From IMG/VR virus record IMGVR_UViG_3300009545_000019: 20,000 bases of DNA; one strand, 5' to 3'. The position numbers and the translations under genes were made by a program. Under the pieces are notes generated by a model. It saw only the letters and a program-made list of their open reading frames with translations. It was not told where the DNA came from and searched no databases. This document shows, in pieces, positions 7,503 to 14,279 of this stretch (positions are counted from its first letter, which is position 1; each line of letters begins with the position of its first letter). Source of the DNA: an uncultured virus (IMG/VR IMGVR_UViG_3300009545_000019) (Duplodnaviria; Heunggongvirae; Uroviricota; Caudoviricetes).

Positions 7503-7567
7503 TCGACCTTCTCGCCGGCGTTGGCCCGTACCCTGCAAGGGGTCGGGCCTTGGGGCGTTGAGGGAAC
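7503..7567 (+). repeat. Conserved intergenic hairpin-leader, copy B
   Basis: GGCCCG-t-ACCCT-gcaa-GGGGT-CGGGCC (7523-7549), then TTGGGGCGTTGAGGGAACATG. Confidence 0.8.
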
Positions 7568-7759
7568 ATGAAAACTCGCAAGCTTTACGATTGTTTCGAG
7601 CGCGACACGCGGACCGATGGCACCGAGTTTGTAAAGGTCAAGGACGATGCTCCGGAATGGTTGCTCGACGCGGTACGCGAGTGCCAGGCGATTGCGTCGA
7701 AGATGCTGGAAGCCGTGAGTGAGAACTCCGGCGAGGAAGAAGACGACGCCGCGGAGTGA
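7568..7759 (+). CDS. Acidic 63-aa protein, possible shortened Ocr-like DNA mimic
   Basis: 18 D/E; acidic tail EEEDDAAE; Ocr-likeness is from memory only. Confidence 0.7.
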   Translation: MKTRKLYDCFERDTRTDGTEFVKVKDDAPEWLLDAVRECQAIASKMLEAVSENSGEEEDDAAE

Positions 7760-7764
7760 CTTGA

Positions 7765-7822
7765 GTCCGCACGGTAGGGCGCCTCCGACGAGACGCCTCT
7801 CCGCGCGCATCTAAGCGAAAGG
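7765..7822 (+). repeat. Second leader family, copy 1 (GTCCGCACGG...CTCCGCGCGCATCTAAGCGAAAGG)
   Basis: 10-bp (7765-7774) and 24-bp (7799-7822) blocks identical to 8745-8754 and 8759-8782. Confidence 0.9.
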
Positions 7823-7830
7823 ATAGATCG

Positions 7831-8274
7831 ATGAACATCGAACGAGAGTATCGTCGTCTACGGGCGAAGGATTGGCCAGCGCACGAAGCAATGCGGGCGG
7901 CCCGCGTCAACGCTCAGTTTACCGAATATGAGGAGCAAGGCCTCGTGCGGTTCTATGCCGAGCCCGATGAGTGTTCTTTCATCGAAGAACACATCGGCGA
8001 TTACTCGGATCTCCCTGAAAAGCTCCGGAAGAAATACCAAGCGGAAGATCGTGAACTCGCCGAACGTGAAGGCATTTGGGTCTACCTCACGGCAATCCGC
8101 CCGAACAAGCGCACGCCTTGGAAGGTTGTGGATAGCCTGGGAGCTTGCGTCGGAGAGCTGAAGGATGCCGGCTACGACACCGACATGAAGGAAGCCGCGC
8201 TCGAAGCGTTGGATAATGCATTCGAAGCTGCGGCGGCAACTCTCACAGAACGTGCGACGTTCGCCGCAGGATGA
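7831..8274 (+). CDS. Acidic hypothetical phage protein, 147 aa
   Basis: AAAGGA SD in the repeat leader. Confidence 0.85.
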   Translation: MNIEREYRRLRAKDWPAHEAMRAARVNAQFTEYEEQGLVRFYAEPDECSFIEEHIGDYSDLPEKLRKKYQAEDRELAEREGIWVYLTAIRPNKRTPWKVVDSLGACVGELKDAGYDTDMKEAALEALDNAFEAAAATLTERATFAAG

Positions 8275-8278
8275 AGCC

Positions 8279-8350
8279 ATGAGCGACAAGCCAAACGGTT
8301 CCGGCAAGGGCCACTGCGACGTCTGCGGTCGAGAATACACCTGCACGTGA
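8279..8350 (+). pseudogene. Truncated copy (23 aa) of the 9000..9278 gene start
   Basis: 8279-8343 matches 9000-9064 at 63/65 nt, then reads CT-stop. Confidence 0.7.
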
Positions 8351-8447
8351 TCCTTGCTGGCAAAAGTCGCCACACGTCGATGTTCGACCTCGGGATCGTT
8401 TCGTGAAAACGCTGTCAGAGGTTACTAGTGTGCCGCGTGGTAGGGAC

Positions 8448-8588
8448 ATGAACGCCAGCGATTCCCAGGGATACGAAACCGCAACCCTTGACTACCTCGT
8501 GAGTGATGAATCTTACGACGTAGAGATCCACGGGCCTTTGACCTGGATCTCCGATGAAAACGAAGAAGATTCTTCGGAAGAAGAATAG
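8448..8588 (+). CDS. Very acidic small ORF (46 aa from ATG 8448; 61 aa from GTG 8403), possibly a gene remnant
   Basis: 15 D/E and no K/R from 8448; frame is open back to 8283. Confidence 0.5.
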   Translation: MNASDSQGYETATLDYLVSDESYDVEIHGPLTWISDENEEDSSEEE

Positions 8589-8620
8589 GCAGAAGCGCCG
8601 CAGCGCGCGGCTTCCTAAGC

Positions 8621-8743
8621 ATGTCCAATGGCTGCTTCACGTACGAACGACGAGACGGTGCGCTAAGCGGCGTCTACCACGTCGTCGACGACACCGGCAG
8701 GCAAACCTCGTTCGCCGGCTGTGCTGAGGTGGTCGTCCTCTAA
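8621..8743 (+). CDS. Small ORF, 40 aa (MSNGCFTYERRDGALSGVYHVVDDTGRQTSFAGCAEVVVL)
   Basis: Stop codon lies directly before the repeat leader, like the stop at 7759 before copy 1; no clear SD. Confidence 0.4.
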   Translation: MSNGCFTYERRDGALSGVYHVVDDTGRQTSFAGCAEVVVL

Positions 8744-8744
8744 G

Positions 8745-8782
8745 GTCCGCACGGGCCACTCCGCGCGCATCTAAGCGAAAGG
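8745..8782 (+). repeat. Second leader family, copy 2
   Basis: Blocks identical to copy 1; ATG 8 nt downstream in both copies. Confidence 0.9.
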
Positions 8783-8790
8783 GTAAGGCT

Positions 8791-8982
8791 ATGACGCTAA
8801 TTGAGATCAAGGCGGCCGTCGAAGCCGGCAAGAAAGTGTTCTGGAGCAATCGCTCTTACGAAGTCCTCAAGGACAGCGTCGGACAGTGGCTCATCCGATG
8901 CTCAAATGGGTCCTGCATCGGGCTCACGCACCGAGACGGCGTGACGATGAACGGCGAGCCCGAAGAGTTTTTCATCGGCTAA
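8791..8982 (+). CDS. Small phage protein, 63 aa (MTLIEIKAAVEAGKKVFWSN...)
   Basis: AAAGGG/TAAGG SD; compact coding-like sequence. Confidence 0.85.
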   Translation: MTLIEIKAAVEAGKKVFWSNRSYEVLKDSVGQWLIRCSNGSCIGLTHRDGVTMNGEPEEFFIG

Positions 8983-8999
8983 GGCGAGAGGGTAGCTCA

Positions 9000-9278
9000 A
9001 TGAGCGACAAGCCAAACGGTTCCGGCAAAGGTCACTGCGACGTCTGCGGTCGAGAATACACCTGGGGTTGCGGCCATTCCGGCTCACAGGAGTATGCGGC
9101 CCGAAAGCACAACGGCACGCGAGCGCATGCGAATCGAAAGTGCAAGTGCTTCGGGCACGACCATTGCGACCCGAAGACGTGCAAGTTGGCCGGCGTCCGA
9201 ATTCCCGGTTACGTGCCGTTTTACCAACACACCGAGGAACGTGAGCCTCTCACTGATATTACAGGGTGTGACGTCTAG
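9000..9278 (+). CDS. Cys/His-rich protein, 92 aa (MSDKPNGSGKGHCDVCG...)
   Basis: GAGAGG SD; CDVC, CGH, CKC, HDHC...C. Confidence 0.7.
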   Translation: MSDKPNGSGKGHCDVCGREYTWGCGHSGSQEYAARKHNGTRAHANRKCKCFGHDHCDPKTCKLAGVRIPGYVPFYQHTEEREPLTDITGCDV

Positions 9279-9346
9279 CCCAACATCCGCCGCTCCCGGC
9301 CCATACCCTCGCGGGTTGGGCCTCGCGGTGTTGAAGGAGTCTCACA
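9279..9346 (+). repeat. Conserved intergenic hairpin-leader, copy C
   Basis: CAACATCCGC...GGCCCA-t-ACCC-tcgc-GGGT-TGGGCC (9298-9322), then TCGCGGTGTTGAAGGAGtctcacaATG. Confidence 0.75.
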
Positions 9347-9637
9347 ATGAAAAAGACCATGACTCGAGCACGCGCAATGAAACAAGGAACGAGGGACGGC
9401 ATCGAGGACGCCGATATGATCCTCGCCGATAATGGCCACGAGGCGGCGCTTGGCTGCGCTTCGTGGGGAGAGATGGCCCGCGGCGTGAAGCTCGCCGAGA
9501 TCATGAAGATCCCTATCGAGCTCGAGGCCGTGTACTACGCGGCGTACGAAGTGGCGGCGACGTGCCGCGTTCGGGAGATCGCCGGCCGCAAGGTCGAAGT
9601 CTTCGATGCGGTCGAAGTTGAGGAGAAGGCGGCGTAG
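9347..9637 (+). CDS. Hypothetical protein, 96 aa
   Basis: AAGGAG SD. Confidence 0.8.
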   Translation: MKKTMTRARAMKQGTRDGIEDADMILADNGHEAALGCASWGEMARGVKLAEIMKIPIELEAVYYAAYEVAATCRVREIAGRKVEVFDAVEVEEKAA

Positions 9638-9639
9638 TC

Positions 9640-9888
9640 ATGGCTGCAAGCCCTATGTGGAAGGTTTATCTCGGCAAGGAGTACCGTGCCGCGTGCAAGC
9701 ACGTGGAAGAGGCCGCGTGCCTCGTAGCATTCCTTGGGAGAGGCTCGACGATTCGAGCGGAGCACTCTCTCATTGTGTGGTCGGAAGGCAACGAGGATCG
9801 GCCGGCCGCCGATAGCTATGATCACGTTGTCGAGGTCACCCACGCTCGTCTCGAAAACTACCGTGCCAAAATGAGGAAAACCACATGA
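9640..9888 (+). CDS. Small phage protein, 82 aa
   Basis: Directly follows the previous stop; operon continuity. Confidence 0.8.
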   Translation: MAASPMWKVYLGKEYRAACKHVEEAACLVAFLGRGSTIRAEHSLIVWSEGNEDRPAADSYDHVVEVTHARLENYRAKMRKTT

Positions 9889-10064
9889 ACATCTCACGCG
9901 AAGACATCAAAAGCCCCGAGGCGTGCATTGCGACGATCGAGGATCTCTCGAATCACATCGAGGAGATCGCCCATCACGAACCGGAGTACCAGTTCAGCTC
10001 CCTCCTCGCCGAGGAGCACTTCCGGCAGGCACTCAACTATCTCGCCATGGCGATGGGACGATGA
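9885..10064 (+). CDS. Acidic hypothetical protein, 59 aa (MNISREDIKS...)
   Basis: GAGGA SD; ATGA overlaps at both ends; not in ORF track. Confidence 0.75.
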   Translation: MNISREDIKSPEACIATIEDLSNHIEEIAHHEPEYQFSSLLAEEHFRQALNYLAMAMGR

Positions 10065-10273
10065 AACTCAACAAGTCAAAACGGGTCATCACGTTGGGCC
10101 GCACAGACACGAAGACCTGGCAAGATGCGGGTCCGGACGGAGACAAATTCCGCCGCCTCGTGCGTGAGATGGCGCATCGTCTCGCCGACACAAGCGGTAA
10201 GGCTGTCGAGATCTATGCGTCGGCGAGCGCAGGCGGGTGGATGTGCGATCAGATCGAGGCCAGAACCGCATGA
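10061..10273 (+). CDS. Hypothetical protein, 70 aa (MKLNKSKR...)
   Basis: ATGA overlaps. Confidence 0.75.
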   Translation: MKLNKSKRVITLGRTDTKTWQDAGPDGDKFRRLVREMAHRLADTSGKAVEIYASASAGGWMCDQIEARTA

Positions 10274-10443
10274 AACTCACTTTCTACGATCTCGACGACA
10301 AAACCGTGATGAAGGTCACGTCCGCCGCGGTGCCCCGAAAAGGCGAAACCGTCTCCCTGCTCGGCCAGATGTACGAGGTTATGCACGTCCGTTGGATGGC
10401 CGAACCCGGAATTCTCGAACAAGTGGAGATCCTCGTAAGATGA
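10270..10443 (+). CDS. Small beta-rich protein, 57 aa (PRKGETV motif)
   Basis: GAGG SD; ATGA overlaps. Confidence 0.75.
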   Translation: MKLTFYDLDDKTVMKVTSAAVPRKGETVSLLGQMYEVMHVRWMAEPGILEQVEILVR

Positions 10444-10613
10444 AAACATCACCCATCCTCGTCCGCCTCCAAGCGGATCTCGACAAGGCGCTCGCCGAGC
10501 GGGACGCCGCTCGACGCGAACGTGACGATCTGCTCGCGGATATGTTCCGCTTCGCCCGCGAGCTCGGTGCGGCGGTTTCGGGCTCGACGGAGCCCAGGAA
10601 AGGAAACGGATAA
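10440..10613 (+). CDS. Coiled-coil protein, 57 aa
   Basis: ATGA/TAATG overlaps. Confidence 0.7.
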   Translation: MKTSPILVRLQADLDKALAERDAARRERDDLLADMFRFARELGAAVSGSTEPRKGNG

Positions 10614-11110
10614 TGGGACGCGAAGTAAGAATGGTTCCGGCAGACTGGGAGCATCCTACGGACCGGCGCGGTTACCGTCCGCTCTTCGATGGCTCCAAGT
10701 TTCGAAAAGAACTTGAGGAATGGAACCTCAACAAGGCCAAATGGGACGAAGGTCTCGTGGCCAGTTACACGCGTGACAACGAGTGGGTCAAGTACGACGG
10801 CGAAATCACATCGTTCAGCGAGTACTACGGCCGACGTCCGAGTCCGTACGACTACATGCCCGAGTGGAAGCCCGAAGAGCGCACGCACTTCATGATGTAC
10901 GAAACGACGACCGAAGGCACGCCCATCTCGCCGATCTTCGCCACGGCTGAGGAACTTGCGCATTGGTTGGCCGACAACAACGCGTCCGCATTCGCGGACA
11001 TGACGTGTACGTACGAACAATGGCTCGGCACGATTCGTCGGGGCAGTTCGATCAGCGCCGTCATCACGGACGGTGTGTTGCAACCTGGTACAGTTCTGAA
11101 CGAAAAGTAA
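10613..11110 (+). CDS. Phage hypothetical protein, 165 aa (MGREVRMVPADWEHP...YETTTEGTPISPIF)
   Basis: AAGGA SD; aromatic-rich, conserved-looking motifs. Confidence 0.85.
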   Translation: MGREVRMVPADWEHPTDRRGYRPLFDGSKFRKELEEWNLNKAKWDEGLVASYTRDNEWVKYDGEITSFSEYYGRRPSPYDYMPEWKPEERTHFMMYETTTEGTPISPIFATAEELAHWLADNNASAFADMTCTYEQWLGTIRRGSSISAVITDGVLQPGTVLNEK

Positions 11111-11115
11111 CTCCT

Positions 11116-11355
11116 ATGCCTAACATCGAAGAACGACCGCCCATTGCCGAGCAGCTCCGCAAGATTCGCCGCCGAGTCAAAGAGCTGCGCCTTCTCGTGG
11201 AGAAAAAAGACTACGAAGCTGCTACAAGCGCAGAGCGTGCGCTTCGTGACGAAGCCTTGCGAATCATCGCGAAGAATCTCACGTTCGATTCAGAGGCCGT
11301 CGCGCGTGCCGTGCTGGCGACCGATCGCATCAAGTTTCCGAGATATTGCGCATAA
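11116..11355 (+). CDS. Phage hypothetical protein, 79 aa (C-terminal FPRYCA)
   Basis: ATG 5 nt after the previous stop. Confidence 0.75.
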   Translation: MPNIEERPPIAEQLRKIRRRVKELRLLVEKKDYEAATSAERALRDEALRIIAKNLTFDSEAVARAVLATDRIKFPRYCA

Positions 11356-11405
11356 GTAACCGATCGCATGCAGTGCCTTCTCAAGAGAGAAGGCCGGAGG
11401 AACGC

Positions 11406-12317
11406 ATGAGCACCAAAGACGAAAACAAATCGAGCTACTACTGGTATTTCCCCGAAGAGATCGAGCGCATCACGGACCCGCGCGATCCTCTTTTCGACCC
11501 TCGGGTCCTTCTACCAGCCGATCCCGGCCTCGTGGATTCTATCCTTGAGCACGGCGTCCAGGAGCCGATCGCCATCGTGCGAAGGGGCGCAAAGCTCTTC
11601 CTCGCCGACGGTCGGCGTCGACATGCCGCCGTCGAAGAGGCGAACCGGCGCCTGAAGCGGGCAGGCAACGACAAGGACAGCCTGATTCGTCTCCCGTGCC
11701 TTCACGTTCGCGGCGTCAAGCCCGAGGACGCGATGGTCATCCGTCACTCGCACCGTCTCGACGAGTCGACCATCGAACGCGCCATGAAGGCCGAGGCGAT
11801 GCGTGCTCGAGGCTACGACGACGAGCAAATCGCGTCGAAGCATGGCAAGAGCGTGGCGACGATCGAGCTTTGGAAGCACGCCATGCGTGCGCCTCACGAT
11901 GCGATCGAGAAGTGCAAAAGCGGAGAGTTGAGCTTCCAGGCCCTCGTCGAGCTCGGCAAGATCGAAGAGCCAGCGAAACAAACGGAGGCAATGGCGGCAA
12001 TCAAAGAAGTCGTCGAGTCGGACGGCGGTCGGAAGAAGGGCCGCATCGTCGAGGCTGTCCGCGACACGAAAAAAGGCAAGAAGCGCCCCGCGGCGGCGAA
12101 GAGCGAAACCGAATCCGACGCTCGAGGTCCCCTCGGTCGCGCGAAGATCCGCAAGATCTGCGAAGCCCTGGCCCCTACGAAGGACGACGAAGTCGACCCG
12201 GAGAGTCCCGAAGAACTCGCTTGGCGCCTGATGCGCGTGGTGGTTGGGGAAGGAACGCCGGCCTTGTTGAAAGCCTGGCCGGGTGTGGCGAAAGCTGTGC
12301 GGGAGGCGTTGAAATGA
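11406..12317 (+). CDS. Second ParB-like protein, 303 aa (ParB N-domain plus HTH)
   Basis: GGAGGA SD; LVDSILEHGVQEPIAI...LADGRRR; HTH YDDEQIASKHGKSVATI. Confidence 0.85.
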   Translation: MSTKDENKSSYYWYFPEEIERITDPRDPLFDPRVLLPADPGLVDSILEHGVQEPIAIVRRGAKLFLADGRRRHAAVEEANRRLKRAGNDKDSLIRLPCLHVRGVKPEDAMVIRHSHRLDESTIERAMKAEAMRARGYDDEQIASKHGKSVATIELWKHAMRAPHDAIEKCKSGELSFQALVELGKIEEPAKQTEAMAAIKEVVESDGGRKKGRIVEAVRDTKKGKKRPAAAKSETESDARGPLGRAKIRKICEALAPTKDDEVDPESPEELAWRLMRVVVGEGTPALLKAWPGVAKAVREALK

Positions 12318-12499
12318 ATGACGACAGAAAGATCACGATCTCGTTCACGGTGACGGAGGCTAAAAGCCTTGCTACGGCGGCGAACCTTGGAATGCGAAGT
12401 GGAGGTCTGTTAGAAGCATTCAAATCCGTCGAAGAAGACGAAGCGCTCGTGGCGGCGCTCGTTAAATTGTCCGCTGTGACCAAGGATGGTTGTCCGTGA
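12314..12499 (+). CDS. Hypothetical protein, 61 aa
   Basis: GGAGG SD; ATGA overlap. Confidence 0.7.
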   Translation: MNDDRKITISFTVTEAKSLATAANLGMRSGGLLEAFKSVEEDEALVAALVKLSAVTKDGCP

Positions 12500-12717
12500 G
12501 GTGGCGTCGAAGGCTTCTTCGGAGACAACGGCGCGTATTGCGCCGATACCTAGACATCGTCATCCACGACGGCGAGGTGTTCAATCCGAGCGGACCTATC
12601 GAATGTCGGAACCTCATCATCGAAGGATCCGGACGCATCGAAAGCTGCGGACATTCGATACGCGTTTGGGGAGTGCTCGACTTGACCAAAGCCAATCCGG
12701 CGGGAGGCACGCGATGA
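12496..12717 (+). CDS. Hypothetical protein with Arg-rich N-terminus, 73 aa
   Basis: AAGGA SD; GTGA overlap. Confidence 0.6.
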   Translation: MRWRRRLLRRQRRVLRRYLDIVIHDGEVFNPSGPIECRNLIIEGSGRIESCGHSIRVWGVLDLTKANPAGGTR

Positions 12718-12815
12718 CCCCCGACGAGCGCGAACTGCGCGACTTTCTCCGTCACCCGATCCGATGGCTGCGCGGCGCCATCCGTTACCTCATGTCGCCG
12801 GATAGGAGGTACTGA
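12714..12815 (+). CDS. Small protein, 33 aa
   Basis: GGAGG SD; coupled on both sides. Confidence 0.6.
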   Translation: MTPDERELRDFLRHPIRWLRGAIRYLMSPDRRY

Positions 12816-13024
12816 TGCGGCTCGACACGACCCGAGACCGAATGTCTGTTGACCAGCCACGCGCCGCCACCGTCGCCGAGTACAGCGAACGCGCTGGCGG
12901 TCCCATTACCGAATACCAGGTCATGGTCAACGACGAATGGGTGGCTACGTGGACAACACAATCCGAGGCCGAATCACACGCGAAGCGCATCAACGAAGCG
13001 CTCGAATGGGATGGGAGTAGCTGA
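12815..13024 (+). CDS. Hypothetical protein, 69 aa
   Basis: AGGAGG SD; TGATG overlap. Confidence 0.75.
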   Translation: MRLDTTRDRMSVDQPRAATVAEYSERAGGPITEYQVMVNDEWVATWTTQSEAESHAKRINEALEWDGSS

Positions 13025-13233
13025 TGCACACGAGTCGATTCAAGTATGAAGGCAGGACGGCCACCGTTCATCACAACGCCGACTGGAGCGGCGAGGCGAT
13101 CGTCACTTACAAAGGCGATGACAGCGTCACACACAATGTTCGACTCCCCGCCGCGCTCCTTCTCGCCATCGGCCACCGCTCGGCGGTCGAAGCCATCCGC
13201 GACCAGATCGTCAACCTCCTGGAGGACTTGTGA
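13024..13233 (+). CDS. Hypothetical protein, 69 aa
   Basis: GGGAG SD; TGATG overlap. Confidence 0.75.
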   Translation: MHTSRFKYEGRTATVHHNADWSGEAIVTYKGDDSVTHNVRLPAALLLAIGHRSAVEAIRDQIVNLLEDL

Positions 13234-13457
13234 GAGGCCTCACGCGAGAGGAGCGCGAGGTGCTTCGACAGCTCGCCAGGCCCGGCGAAGATGCGATCGA
13301 AATCGGCGACGAGGACGTGCCGATCCGAGAGCAGCTCACGGAGCGCGGGCTCCTGAGCTACCGCGAGGAAGTCGAAGCCGACGACGAGTACGAAACCGTC
13401 TACGACGTCTGGGAGATTAGTGAGACCGGCCGCCTCGCGCTTCGGGTGTGCACATGA
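13230..13457 (+). CDS. Acidic small protein, possible winged-helix-like, 75 aa
   Basis: GGAGGA SD; L...GLL...WEISETGRLAL pattern. Confidence 0.7.
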   Translation: MRGLTREEREVLRQLARPGEDAIEIGDEDVPIREQLTERGLLSYREEVEADDEYETVYDVWEISETGRLALRVCT

Positions 13458-13618
13458 CCAGGCTCACACCGGCTGACCGATCGCTCATCCGGCAACTTCT
13501 CGAGAGTTCCCTTCGCTGCCAAGTGCCACATCCGTCTCACTTCGTTCAACTACGAAGAATCGTTCGTGAGGTACGCAGCTGGCGAGGTACGACCTCTAGA
13601 TTCAGGAGACCGCGATGA
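13454..13618 (+). CDS. Basic hypothetical protein, 54 aa
   Basis: ATGA overlaps at both ends; not in ORF track. Confidence 0.55.
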   Translation: MTRLTPADRSLIRQLLESSLRCQVPHPSHFVQLRRIVREVRSWRGTTSRFRRPR

Positions 13619-14061
13619 GTACCTACGCGATCCGTAAGCCGGCCTTCGGCGCCTTCCAAAAAGGACCGTATCTCTACTACCACGAGACCACGCCGCACTG
13701 GCGCTCGACTCCGCCCCTTCCCGGTCACCGTCTCTCGCTCGAGGAGACCCGTCGGCTGGCCAGGGAGGTGGGCGGGCGGGTCGTCCGGTTCACGACCCGA
13801 GCGGAGCGCTTGGGGAGGCTCGTAGAGGCGGCAGGTGTGGTCCTGCTCGCATACGGGAACACCGGATCGCCGTTCGATGAAGGCCAAGGACGGGAGCTTC
13901 TGAGAGCCCTGCGCCCGTTCCTTTGCGGGAGCCGGCCGAACCCGGGGATCGGAGCGGGAAAGGTTCCCTGTCATGACGACGCGGGGGAGACAGTGTGCCC
14001 TTGCGTGCGGGTGAAGGGGCATGCTCCGCCATGTCGATGCGAACATGGGACGGATTACTGA
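13615..14061 (+). CDS. Hypothetical protein, 148 aa, with C-terminal Cys/His cluster
   Basis: AGGAG SD; last gene before the convergent region. Confidence 0.65.
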   Translation: MSTYAIRKPAFGAFQKGPYLYYHETTPHWRSTPPLPGHRLSLEETRRLAREVGGRVVRFTTRAERLGRLVEAAGVVLLAYGNTGSPFDEGQGRELLRALRPFLCGSRPNPGIGAGKVPCHDDAGETVCPCVRVKGHAPPCRCEHGTDY

Positions 14062-14111
14062 ACATGAGCCGTTTTTTGACGCGCCACCGAACACCTGAAT
14101 GACGCATTGCA

Positions 14112-14279
14112 CAGGGAGGCAGGGATAGTCAGGGATAGTCTTCCGTATGATCGGCCTATAGGATTTACTGCACATATGGGTCGCTTTTCGTCCATTGCGT
14201 CGATAAACCTACGAACCCTCCCTAACTATCCCTTTCGGCCAAAAACTCAATTCACGGATCGCAACCCTCCCTGACTCCC
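14112..14279. other. Putative replication origin with inverted iteron-like repeats
   Basis: CAGGGAGG followed by AGGGATAGTC x2 (14121-14140), facing AACCCTCCCT-a-ACTATCCCT (14214-14233) and AACCCTCCCTGACT (14263-14276); AT-richer centre; abuts the primase 3' end. Confidence 0.55.

Noticed and set aside
8279..9064. DGR template/variable repeat pair
   Set aside because: Only two mismatches, both synonymous and not adenine-specific on one strand; located at the gene 5' end; no reverse transcriptase in the window
7258..9346. CRISPR array
   Set aside because: Repeats are few, divergent and separated by whole genes rather than 30-40-nt spacers; no cas operon, only a solo Cas4-like nuclease
5746..9346. 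Canonical integron
   Set aside because: No IntI integrase or attI in the window, ends deviate from GTTRRRY, and elements occur in both orientations; kept only as an analogy in findings
11320..11369. 11-bp direct repeat ACCGATCGCAT
   Set aside because: Single short pair with no supporting context; may be chance
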